DNA of 64,000 bases from NCBI RefSeq assembly GCF_009914755.1, contig NC_060927.1. The stretch is one strand, 5' to 3'. The notes beneath the pieces were generated by a model, which was given only the letters and a program-made list of their open reading frames with translations, made no database searches and was not told the origin of the DNA. The DNA comes from the human T2T-CHM13v2.0 reference genome, Homo sapiens. Positions 26,921 to 64,000 of this stretch are shown in pieces (position 1 is the first letter of the stretch; each line of letters starts with the position of its first letter). The translations under genes and the position numbers were made by a program.

Positions 26921-29666
26921 CAATAACCATTTCCCTTCCTGACAGCATCCTAACTTCCTTTGGGGGACCTGTGTCTGTTCCCATGTGGGCAGTCTTGGCC
27001 AGAATGCAGTCCTAGGGCCCCCTACAGAAGCTGAGGAGTCTGGATCCTTCCTCTCACTTCCCCTTGTGAACTCGCTGGGAGCCTCCTTTGGAGATGTTGA
27101 GATTCCCTCCACAGGCTCAGAGCTGGCCCGGTTCCCTTCCTCAGTTTCTCCTGAGAAGGGCAGGTGTGTGAGTGCCTGACCTCCCAGTCCATGCAGGGCC
27201 ATCTGGCTGCTTGCTGGCTGCCCTCTTTGGAACCAGGGGCCCCAATCCCATCGCGTTTCTAAACCACCAACCGGCAGGCATTCTGAGATTCCAAACAAAT
27301 GCAAGAGAGATTAGGATCCCTTTGGCTAGAGGCCAAGGTGAAAGCTGATCCTGCGGAAAGAGGAGACTGGCTGGGGTGGAGGTGAATGTAAGCGGGGAAC
27401 ACGAGGTGCGCAGGTGTGGACGGGGAGTATCTCAGCTCCAGATGGAGCTCCCAGCATCCTTCTGCAGACTCTGGGACGGCGGGGATAAATGGAAGGTGAC
27501 TCCAAGTATACAAGGGATGGTCAATATCTCCTGTTCACCAAGCACTTGGTCTGCCAAAAACTATGCTACACACCATTATTCTTTTTAAGTCCTCATGACA
27601 ACCCTAGGTTTTATGTTTTTCATTATACAGCTGGCAAGCTGAAGCTCAGAGAAGTTCAATAACTTGTTAAAGGTCATGCAGCAACTAAGGGGCCAAGCCA
27701 CAGGCCTGACTTTAGAACTAGTGCTCTTTGTTTTGAGATGGAATCTTGCTTTTGTATTTTTAGTAGAGGCAGGGTTTCGCCATGTTGGCCAGGCTGGTCT
27801 CAAACTCTTGGCCTCAAGTGATCAGCCTGCCTCGCCCTCCCAAAGTGCTAGGATTACAGGCATGAGTCACCACGCCTGGCCAGAACCAGTGCTCTTAATA
27901 GTAATGACACCCTCCTGCCCCTCTGGAAGAACCTGAGAGAGGAAAGTGGGGGAGAGGGAAACCCCAGGCCTTCCAGGCGGCCCCTACTGTGTTAGGAGTT
28001 AATTGAGTCCATGAAAATAGGCCCTCCAGTTTGGATCTCTGTTGACTTCAAACCAACAGAGCTGAAAGTTGTTGTGACTCCCCAAGGAAAGAGTGAGAAA
28101 GAAAAGGCAAAGAAGATGGGGCTGGCAATGATGAAATCTCCTGCTTAGACAAAGCCCAGGACAGTTGGTTGGCATTTTCATTCTGGCTGGTTGCTCTGGC
28201 AGGCATGAGAAAATAAACAAAAGGGAGAACAGGTGGGAGAAAGTGCAGGCTGGTGAACCTTCTCTGTGCTCTGCCCACTGTCCTGAACTCTGAGGGCACG
28301 GGGAGTTATACTCTTTTACCAAACTGGCCAAATTCAGCCTGAAGGGCTCCTGGAGTCTTAGCCTACTCATTCTCAGATTTTAGCTTCCACCAACACCAAC
28401 TAAACAAACCTGATCTTTTTAAAGAGGTTTTTTGTTTGTTTTTTGAGACAGAGTCTCTCTCTTTCACCCAGGCTGGAGGGCAGTGGCACAATCTCAGCTC
28501 ACTGTAACCTCCGCCTCCTGAGTTCAAGCCGTTTTCCTGCCTCAGCCACCCGAGTAGCTGGGACTACAGGAATGCACCACCAGGCCTGGCTGATTTTTGT
28601 ATTTTTGGCAGAGATGGGGTTTCACCATGTTGGCCAGGCCGGTCTCAAACTCCTGACCTCAAGTGATCTGCCTGCCTTGGCCTCCCAAAGTGCTGGGATT
28701 ACAGGCGTGAGCCACCACACCTGGCCAAGAGTTATTTATTTTTTTTGTGTGTGAAATCTGATGCCACTTTAAAATCAGCAGATCCTTACCCCATTCCCTT
28801 TCACTCTCAATTCCCACTTTCTGGAAGTAATTATTGTCAAGTCTTTCTGGTACTTCTGGTTATTTCTTCTGGTATTTATCCTATTTTCACATCAGATTTA
28901 TGCGGCTAATGTTAATTATTTTCAGTTTTGGGGGTTAATCTATTGACTACTATGAAGATAATATGAAAATGTAGTTCTTCTATTACTTTCCATATTTTTC
29001 TGTAGTTTTTTGGTATCATTATTCTGCATTTACAATACTAGAACTGTGAAACAAGTATTCAAGCTGATTCAAGAAGTGTGCTGTGAGGATAATAATTCCC
29101 TCTCCAGACATTGTTTCTCCTGCAGTAAGTACTGCTTGGTTTTTCATTTGCTTAATTTTCCATGCATCTATCACTAATTCATTCCCCTTAATCTTTCCTT
29201 AAAGTGAAAAACAATTGAAAGATTTAATTTCCCATTCAGATAACATTTTCAGAGATTCACAGAATTCTACAGAGACAACAAACAACATGGTTTCTTCGAC
29301 AGATGAATGTCTTGAAAAAAAAGGGAGGGAGGGAAAACTGTTACATAAGAGATTTAAGAGATATAGCAACCAAATGCCACGTGGGGGCCTCGTTGGGAGC
29401 CTCAGTCAAATAAATCCACTGTGGAAAAGACATTTTAAGACAATTAGGGAAATATGAACACAGATTGAGTCTTAGGACATATTAAGGTATAAGCATGTTT
29501 GCATCGGGTGAAATAATGGCCTTGTGGGTTATGTGTAAAAAATTCCATATCTGTTATGATACCTACGACTTATGTGTGAAATGACATACTTGTGATTTAC
29601 TTTGAAAATATCCAACTTCCCTGCTCCCTCCCCTCCCACAAAAAAGTGATTTTGGGAGATACATTA

Positions 29667-30012
<346 letters not shown>

Positions 30013-30787
30013 TTATCGTTTTGAGACAGGGTCTCGCTCTGTCTTCCAGGCTGGAGTGCAGTGGTGCAATGATGGCTCACTGCAGCCTTGACCTCCTGGG
30101 CTCAAGCAATCCTTCCACCTCATCCTCCTCGGTAGCTGGGACTACAGGCATGTGCCACCATGCCTGGCTGATTTTTTTTTTCATTTTCTTGTGAGGCCTC
30201 ACTATGTTGCCTAAACTGGTCTCCAACTCCCAGGCTCAAGTGATCCTCCCGCCTCACCCTCCCAAAGTACTTGGAATGCAGGCATGAGACATTGTGCCTA
30301 ACCTATTTTACTGTTTTAGAGACAGGGTCTCAATCTGTTGCCCAGGCTGGAGTGCAGTGGCACAGTCATGGCTCACTGTAATCTTCAACTTCTGGGCTCA
30401 AGCAACCACCCACCTGCCTCAGGCTCCTGAGTAGCTGGGACTACAGGCATACGCCACCATGCCCAGATAACTTTATTTTTTGTAGAGACAGGGTCTTGCT
30501 ATGTTGCCGGGCCAGTCTTGAACTCCTGGCCTCAAGCAATCCTCCCACCTCAGCCTCCTAAAGTGCAAGGATTACGGGCGTGAGCCACTGCACCTGGTCA
30601 GTACTTTATTCTTTTTACTGCTGAATAATACGCCATTGTATGGCTATACCATATTTCATTTATCCATCTGTTAGCTGATAGACATTTGGGTTGTTTCCCA
30701 CCTTGTGGCTACTATGAATATTCATGTATACATAATTGTGTAGACATGTTTTCTTTTTCTTCTTTCTTTTTTTTTTTTTTTTTTTGA

Positions 30788-30907
<120 letters not shown>

Positions 30908-30989
30908 TAGCTGGGACTACAGGAGGCTCGATCCACCTGCCTTGGTCTCCTAAAGTGCTGGAATTACAGGCATGAGCCAACGCACCTGA

Positions 30990-31238
<249 letters not shown>

Positions 31239-32100
31239 TGATCCGCCTGCCTCGGCCTCCCAAAGTGCTGGGATTACCGGCATGAGCCATTATGCCCGGC
31301 CAGTATGTTTTCACTTCTCTTGGGTATATATCTATTTAGGAGTGGAACTGCTGAGTCATATGGAAATTTTACATTAAAACTTTTGAGGACCTGCCAGACT
31401 TTTCCAAAGTAGCCTTGTGACTGGTGGGGAGACTGAGGCCCAAAGAGGGAAACTGTCTTCTGCAAAGCAACACAGTGAGTGTGAGAAAGCAGGAGCTAAT
31501 CATGGACATGACTTCAATGCTGCGCCTTCTCCTCTGACCGCATTACCATCTCACTCTCACTCCAGTGCTCTCCATACCCACTTCTGCCCCTCCATTCCAT
31601 TCCTTGCCCAGCAGCAAATCCCTTCACACCAGTCCCTACAAAGGCTTCCTGCTGCCATCATCAGGATGAAGTTCCGCCTCTGAGGGATGACTTATAAGCT
31701 CCTCTGCCATCTGGCCCTAGTGCTGCCTCCTCATCTTGTCTTCTGAAGCAGTTTTAGTGAGCTATAATTCGCACCCCACCCCATTCACCCGTTTTAAGTG
31801 TACAATCCAAATGTTTATCAGTCCTTTCATACTCTACACTGCAGGGTCATGCAGGTCTTGTTTCAGTTCCATGAAAACACCAACATCTTTGCTTCTGAGA
31901 CTTTGTGCACACCGTTACCTCTGTTTAGAACAGTCTGTATATTTTTTTCTGGCAAGTTCCTCATGATCTTTCACATCTTAGTTGAGATGTTTCTGCTGGG
32001 AAGCCTTCCCTGAGCATTCGGGTTGACTGGATGACCTGCAGGATGTTCCCATGGCCTCCCTAGGATCGTCCCTGTCACAGCATGTACTATAGTAGTCTGA

Positions 32101-32337
<237 letters not shown>

Positions 32338-32549
32338 TGAGTTTTTAAGGTCTGTGACTGTGTCTTGTTCATATGCAGTGCCTGGCAACACTCAATTCAC
32401 TATTGGTTGAATGAACAGAAAGATCTGAAAATATCTAGCATGGCCCTGAGCACACTGTAGAAATCCTGCAAATGTTTGCAGACCGCAATTACTTCCAAGG
32501 ACAGGGACAGCACCTCCTGTTGGGAACATTCCAGATGGTTTGGATGATT

Positions 32550-32985
32550 AAAGGTAAGATAAGATATTTTTTGTCTGGTACCCATGCCACTTCTTCAGGC
32601 AACAGCATCCCAGTTTTCCTTTGGGGAATCACTCTTATTATACCTTCAGTTCTTATAGTTTATGAGAAGCTAAGCAGTTCCTGGAATTTGCAGTTGACTT
32701 AAGGCAGATGAGTTAAGATGCAACCCTAACTTTTCCTAGATTTTTTAAAAAGGGGTGCTTTCTTTTCACTAGGATTACTAATCTCGTGCCTCTATAAGAA
32801 AACTAACTGTCTAAGAAGCAGACTTGAGAAAGCAACTGAGTCCTGATGATATCATGAGAGGCCCTGGACCCAGCTGTGCCTGAAGCCAACCACCAGACAT
32901 TTTAGTTATTGAGTCAATTTCCATTCCTTTTTAATTGCTTGAGTTCAGCTTGTCACCTGCAACTGCAATATTCCTAATCCAGTTA
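32550..32985 (+). mobile_element. ERVL-type LTR remnant (LTR33/LTR16-like)
   Basis: gtcctgatgatatcatgag...cagctgtgcctgaagcc...gtcacctgcaac motifs. Confidence 0.45.
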
Positions 32986-33170
32986 GTAACCCTCTTTCAC
33001 ATACACACATACCCATCACACACCTTACAGACCAAACAGAGGAATCGAGCTGACTTTTGTCCCTAAGCACGGGTTTACCTACTCACCTCAAATCTAAATT
33101 GTATTTTTCTGAGTTGTGTTGTGCAGTTGACTGTCAATATTTAGCTTTCCTTGTACGGTACTTTCTATAC

Positions 33171-33375
33171 CAAGCTTGTCTGGCCTGTAGGCTGCATGCC
33201 GCCCAGGACAGCTTGGTATGGGGCCCAACACAAATTCATAAACTTTCTTAAAACATTGTTTTTTGTTTGTTTTGTAGCTTATCAGCTATCGTCAGTGTTA
33301 GTGTATTTTATGTGTGGCCCAAGACAATTCTTATTCCAGTGTGGCCCAGGGAGGCCAAAGGATTGGACACCCCTG
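33171..33375. mobile_element. MER30 (hAT-Charlie non-autonomous DNA transposon)
   Basis: gcccaacacaaattcataaactttcttaaaaca...gattggacacccctg; 8-bp TSD ttctatac (33163-33170) / ttctattc (33376-33383). Confidence 0.8.
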
Positions 33376-33580
33376 TTCTATTCCATGATCAGCAAGTAGA
33401 CATTTGCGGTGTCCTAAGTAGTATCAGGTGATAAGTCAAGGTGGATGGAAGAGATGCAATTCTCATTTATAGCCTGGCCCAAATTGAACTCCAAGAAACA
33501 CACACAATAAGCACTGCTCCCTAAGCCTGTGCGCTGTTCTGGAAAGAGCCTACTAAAACAACCTTGGCTTTTCTTTTTGA

Positions 33581-34214
<634 letters not shown>

Positions 34215-35438
34215 TAACTATCGTTAAAGGTCAGGGTTTCTTAACTTGGGTCTGCGGGTCATTATGAATAAGTTTTAGAGGGACATGTCTGTATCTATGT
34301 CCACATATGTTACTCTGGAGGCCAGGGTCAGAGATTCCAGATTCTCAGATTCGGTGACCTCAAAAAAAGGTCTCTTTTGGCCAGGCACAGTGGCTCATGC
34401 CTGTAATCCCAGCACTTTGGGAGGGTGAGGCAGGAGGATGGCTTGAGCTCACAAGTTCAAGACCAGTCTGGGCAACATAGCAAGGTATCGTCTCTAAAAA
34501 AATAATAAAAAATTTTAAAAAGCTCTTAGGTGTCTCTCTCTTGTGAGTTGAGGGCAAGGTTCACATCTCTTTCGTCTTAGACTCCCCGCACTGATCCAAG
34601 ATAGACAGTCAACTGCTGGCAGAAGGTTGTTAGTGACTTACAGAGGCAACACTTTCACAGGCAAAGAAGAGAAAACAGGACGGTTTAATTTGTGGAGTCG
34701 AGTCGTTTGTTCTTAATTACTGCACTCAACATGCAAATTATATTCACCTCTTGGTACAGAAATGGCACCGTCACTTCCCTGGGACCTTTAATCCAGACAG
34801 AATTATTCTTGGGCACCCTTATCTGTGTGTCTACCAACAACTGCCGTCTCTCCCTTCTTACAGCAATATGTAAATTCTCTTTTGTTCCAAGCAACTGGGA
34901 AATGAGGTCCTTCATCCAAAGGAGTAGCCATTTCCAGTATAGCACCACTGATTTGTCAATGGATTTGATAAGATTTGATACACTGACATCCAGATCAAGA
35001 TTTTGCATTATTTATAGACAGTCTCTGATGATCCCAAAGGCACTTTAGAATCTGGCAGTGCCTCAGGGTCACTGATTTTCACTGGGCAGAATTAAGTGAT
35101 ATAGAAGGTTTGCTGAGTCTGTCCTGACCCTGGGTATTCACTCTGAAGAGAGTTTATTTGAATAAGGTTTTGACATATTTGGTCTCTATGTCTATGTAGG
35201 CTCAAAATGAACAGGGAGATTCATTTTGTTCATCCATAGTTTCTAAACCTTTGGTAGTGGAAATGGTTTACTTGTGTAAAGAAAGTTAACAATACTAACA
35301 AAACTAATGGTAAAACACAGGGTGTTTGGATCCCAAGAAAACAGGAGTTTACTGTGGCTAGATGTCAGGCTGACTGCACATAATCATTAGCTATAATTAA
35401 CAATGCTTCCTTCGAAGACTGGGCTTCTGCTAAGATAG

Positions 35439-35482
<44 letters not shown>

Positions 35483-35971
35483 CAGATGGAGTTTTGCTCT
35501 GTCGCCCAGGCTGGAGCGCAGTGGCACGATGTCAGCTCACTGCATCCTCCGCCTCCTAGGTTTAAGCAGTTCTCTGCCTCAGCCTCCCAAGTAGCTGGGA
35601 TTACAGGTGCCCACCACCACGCCCGGCTAATTTTTTTTTGTATTTTTAGTAGAGATGGGGTTTCACCATCTTGGCCAGGCTGATCTTGAACTCCTGATCT
35701 CGTGACCCACCCGCCTCAGCCTCCCAAAATCCTGGGATTACAGGCGTGAGCCACTGCGCCTGGCCAAGATTTTATATATTATCAGTAGCCTGAGGTTTCC
35801 CCCTTTCTCTGACTTTCATTACTAGAGTCACCAGAAGGAACATTTACAACATTTTAAAAATAACAAGTTGCCCAGCATACTCCTATTTCCTCTAGTTTCA
35901 AACATAAAGGGGAACCCAGCCCAGACAAGAACAAGCCTTGCTGCATGCCTGCCAGCTCGTGCATCCTCCTT

Positions 35972-35977
35972 TTTATT
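35972..35977 (-). terminator. EMC3 proximal poly(A) signal (distal candidates at 35153-35158 and ATTAAA 34684-34689)
   Basis: tttatt on +, about 80 nt after the stop codon. Confidence 0.7.
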
Positions 35978-36058
35978 TCAAGAGGTGCCAGCTCCAAACA
36001 AAGTTACAAGGTTAAGTGCAACTCCAAGTTCCTGACACAGCTAATCCCTGCTCGGTCT

Positions 36059-59480
<23,422 letters not shown>

Positions 59481-61222
59481 CAGTCGGCCTCATCTCACGT
59501 CTGTTGGGCTTCTCGGGAAGCCAAATGGTATCGCACGTGTTAAAGGCGGGTGTCTGGAAGCCGAAAGTCCTGACTAACTGAGAATGTTGACTAATCCGGA
59601 TAGCATTGAGAAGAGGAAATGGAGCTATTCAACAGATTCATTGATCTATATAAGCTGCTATAAGTTACATTTACTCTTTCTGTGTAGTACCTCACAGAAT
59701 TCTGAAATTTTGGATATGACATTCTACGACATTGCATTTAGCTATTCTCACAACTCTATTTTTCAAAATGTCCAACGTTTAAAATTTTTTCTTCCTCAGT
59801 CTTTCAGGAGATTGTCATGGTTGAGAGACTGGACTGTACCTACCCACTATGAATGAGCAGAACACCATAGCTAATATTAACTTTCTGCAGGTAATCTCTG
59901 AGCTTCGGGAGAAGTTGGATCCTGCAGCATTGTGTTTTGCCATCACTGTTGCAGGCTTTCCAAGTAAAGTTAAAAAGTAAAGGACAAGCAAGGTAAAGAG
60001 CTCATGGATAATTGCCACCCTTTTCCTCACATAGGATGTCACAGTTCTCTGACATCCCACAGTCAGAGTTGGAGCTTAATACTTACAACTACAAATAATG
60101 GTACTATTATGATATTTACATCTAGTATTATATCGTTTTTCAAATTACGTATATGTATGTGGCTATGTATGTGTTCATATGTTTTCTTAGCCATTCAGAT
60201 CAATCCCAGGCAGACTACAGTGCAAGTTTATTAGCCATCTTATACATGAGGTTGTCATTTACTCCAGGGTACATGGCTACTAAGCAGGAATTCACATCTT
60301 GTAAGTTCTTTTCTGGTAGGTAGAAGAGTAATTTTTTTCCTCTCTGCTACTTGTAATTCCTCAGGAAATCAAGAAAGCAGCGGTCAGAACCGTATTATTC
60401 TCTTTGATGTAATAAAGTCAGCTATTAGATATGAGAAAACCATTTCAGAAGCCTGGATTAAGGTGGGATCTTTGGAACTTTGATTATCAAGGAGGAAATG
60501 AGTGGCAATTAGTGACAGATGTATAACTGAGGTAGACTGAAATAAAAATCTCAAAACTCATTCAAGTGGAAATGATAGCTGATGGTTGCCATATGGACAC
60601 ATTGGCTCTTAGATGAGATAACAGGGCATGCTGAATAAGGTGTAACGTGTTTCGCTGATGTGTCATAATATTTTTGTGACTCTCCTGTTTTTTCAGGCAA
60701 TTGAAAACACTGCCTCAGTATCTGAACACAAGGTAATGTTCATGTACTATGCATTTTCAGTATTGCAGACTTAAAAGTAATGACATTGGCTAGCTTGCCT
60801 TCCCACTGTCTTTCTTTCTCCTCCCTCCAGTCACTCTTCTCTCTCTTCCCTAGTTGCTCTAATAAACATTAGCTGTCTGGGGAAGATAATCTGAGGTGGC
60901 GACTGGCCAGATAGCCTGCCCCTACTCACTCTGGCTATAAAATAAGCCTACAGTATCCACAAGGGGAAATACTAACAGTGTAAACAAGCACATCAAGGTG
61001 CAGTCAAAGAAGCCAGGTCCCCACTGATGAGATGAAGAAAATAACCACCTAAGTCTCAGGTCCCTATATCTGCCTAATTGCCCTTCCTTCCACCCAGCAC
61101 CACTGTCAAGATAATGGCATTCCATGTTTTACTTTACTTTGCTCATGTAGACCTGACTAGAGTAAATCAGTCTGTCCACTGTCAAAGCAGTGGTACTGGA
61201 TCTTATGTCTCTATTAATTCTA

Positions 61223-61486
<264 letters not shown>

Positions 61487-61976
61487 TTAGGTGCTGATTG
61501 GTTGCCTTTAAAGATTTTTCTTTGGTTGGAATCTGTTTTGTGGGATTTTTGTTAGTTTTGTTATCCAATTTTGGGATGACTATCTTAAAAGCTTTCATGA
61601 TGATGAATAAAGCAATGAAAAAAATGAATAACTTTTTGTGGTGAGAAATATCAAAGTACTCCAAACACACTGTTTTTGGTTTTAGATAAACACAAATTTA
61701 ACACCTTGACTGCCTGCATACCTATTTTTACGTATTTGTAATCATTTTATAAATATAAATATAATTTGTATTCTTTTTTCTCAACATTTTCTTCTCCATG
61801 TGCTTCTGCTTTGTCTTCATTGTTATCTTTAATGACTGTATTCTGGTCTAATGACTCTAAATTTTGGTGTCCTAAGAAGTGGAGCATTCAGTTAAGAGAA
61901 GTAGTAAAATTTGTTTTTTCTTTTTTGTCCTGCTTGCCTTTTTAACTTTTTTTTTTTTTTTTTCCTGGAAGCATAG

Positions 61977-62189
<213 letters not shown>

Positions 62190-62304
62190 TAGTAGAGATG
62201 GGGTTTCACGTTGTTAGCCAGGATGGTCTGGATCTCCTGACCTTATGATCCACCTCAGCCTCCCAAAGTCCTGGGATTACAGGTGTGAGCCACCGTGCCG
62301 GGCC

Positions 62305-62335
<31 letters not shown>

Positions 62336-63744
62336 AAGAGACTAAGTCTTGCTCTGTCACCGAAGGTGGAGTGCGGTGACAGCATCATAGTTCATTGCAG
62401 TCTCAAACACCCGGGTTCAAGCGATCCCCCCACCTCAGTCTTTGGAGTAGCTGGGACTACAGGCAAGCACCACCAGGCCTGGCTAATTCTGTTAGTTAGT
62501 TAGTTAGTTATTTTGAGAGAGTTTCGCTCTTTTGCCTAGGCTATAGTGAAGTGCCACAATCTCGGTTCACTGCAACCTCTGGCCCCTGGGTTGAAGCAAA
62601 TCTCCTGCCTCAGCCTCCCTAGTAGCTGGGATTATAGGTGCCTGCCACCATGCCTGGCTAATTTTTGTATTTTTAGCAGAGATGGGATTTCACCATATTG
62701 GCCAGGCTAGTCTCAAACTCCTGACTCAGGTGATCCACCCACCTGCCTCAGCCTCCCAAAGTGCTAGGATTACAGGTGTGAGCCACCACGCCTGGCCAAT
62801 TCTTTTATTTATTTATTTATTTATTTATTTTTTGAGACGGAGTCTCGCTGTCGCCCAGGCTGTAGTGCAGTGGCACGATCTCGGCTCACTGCAAGCTCCG
62901 CCTCCCGGGTTCACGCCATTCTCCTGCCTCGGCCTCCTGAGTAGTTGGGACTATAGGCGCCCACCACCTCGCCTGGCTAATTTTTTGTATTTTTAGTAGA
63001 GACGGGGTTTCACCATGTTAGCCAGGATGGTCTCGATCTCCTGACCTCGTGATCTGCCCGCCTTGGCCTCCCAAAGTGCTGGGATTACAGGTGTGAGCCA
63101 CCGCGCCCGGCCATTCTTTTATTTTTTATAGAGATGAGGTCTTGCTGTGTTTCCCAGGCTGGTCTCAAATTTTTAGCTTCAAGTGATCCTCCTGCTTGGG
63201 CCTCCCAAAGTGCTGGGATTATAGGCATGAGCCACTGCACCCAGCCCTCATATTTTTCTTTTTTAAACTTAGGTAAACAAGCTAATTGTGGAGAAAAATC
63301 CACAAGGAATCTACAGATGTAAAAAATACAGTTTTTCTCTGCTCTCTTTCCCATTCCTCAGGGGTAATCATCCTTCCAAATTTTTTCTCTTCATATACAA
63401 GCTGTAATTGTGTGCAAGTACAGGTATACTCTTATGCCTACACATATATATGTTTATATATTGTTTTTACAAAAGCAGAATCTTAACTATGATTATGGGT
63501 GGTGGTGGTGGTGTTTAAAGAGACAGGGTCTCACTCTGTCGCCAGGCTGGAGTGCAGTGGCACAATCGTAGCTCACTGTTGCCTCCACCTCCTGGGCTCA
63601 ATGATCCTCCCTCCTCAGCCTCCCAAAGCAGTGGGATTATAGGCATGAGCCTTCATGCCCAGCCTGATTATCCTTTTGCAGGCTGCTGTTTTTTCCACTT
63701 CATATCAGGAATGTCTTTCCTCTGTCAAAAAATAGAGTATGGCT

Positions 63745-64000
63745 CAGCAGTCCCTAACCTTTTTGGCACCAGGGACTGGTTTCATGGAAGACAGTTTTTC
63801 CACAGACCGTTTCGGGGCATGATTTCAGGATGAAACTGTTCAACTTTAGATCATCAGGCACTACTTAGATTCTCATAAGGAATGTGCAGCCTAGATCCTG
63901 CGCATGTGCAGTTCACAATGGGGTTTGCGCTCCCGTGAGAATCTAATGCAGCCGCTAATCTGACAGGAGGCGGATCTCAGTGGTAATGACCACTTGACCA
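63745..64000 (+). mobile_element. MER1B (hAT-Charlie) DNA transposon, truncated by the window end
   Basis: cagcagtccctaacctttttggcaccagggactggtttcatggaagac...ttagattctcataagga...gagaatctaatgc...ctgacaggaggcgga. Confidence 0.8.

Noticed and set aside
59815-60732. Possibility that this is the functional FANCD2 gene
   Set aside because: The frameshift, dead acceptor, Alu-split exon 1 and missing start-codon exon mark it as a pseudogene.

Overview
Primate, almost certainly human, genomic DNA that I recognise as the 3p25.3 IL17RC-CRELD1-PRRT3-EMC3 interval. Splicing the exons by hand gives four genes. (1) The 3' ten coding exons of IL17RC (+, 178-5583; ectodomain end, TM and SEFIR domain). (2) Complete CRELD1 (+, CDS 6429-16565, 1263 nt = 420 aa), plus a MIR-derived cassette exon that gives a 422-aa isoform without TM segments. 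(3) Complete PRRT3 (-, CDS 22099-18211, 2946 nt = 981 aa). (4) Complete EMC3 (-, 8 exons, CDS 58646-36059, 786 nt = 261 aa). Head-to-head with EMC3 is a disabled, unprocessed FANCD2 duplicate (+, about 58885 to at least 60732; FANCD2P1/EMC3-AS1 region). Its exon 1 is split by an Alu, the exons between exon 1 and exon 12 are absent, one exon is frameshifted and one acceptor is dead. The rest is repeat-dense: roughly 60 Alu copies or fragments by manual count, a full-length antisense SVA in CRELD1 intron 5, L1/L2/L3/MIR remnants, MER30 and MER1B. I see no evidence of a wholly new biological system. The best leads are the FANCD2 pseudogene on the EMC3 bidirectional promoter, the MIR exonisation and SVA in CRELD1, the IL17RC stop/poly(A) overlap next to the CRELD1 promoter, and a 48-bp templated insertion in EMC3 intron 1. 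Gene names, exon numbering and reference comparisons come from recall, not from a database search.
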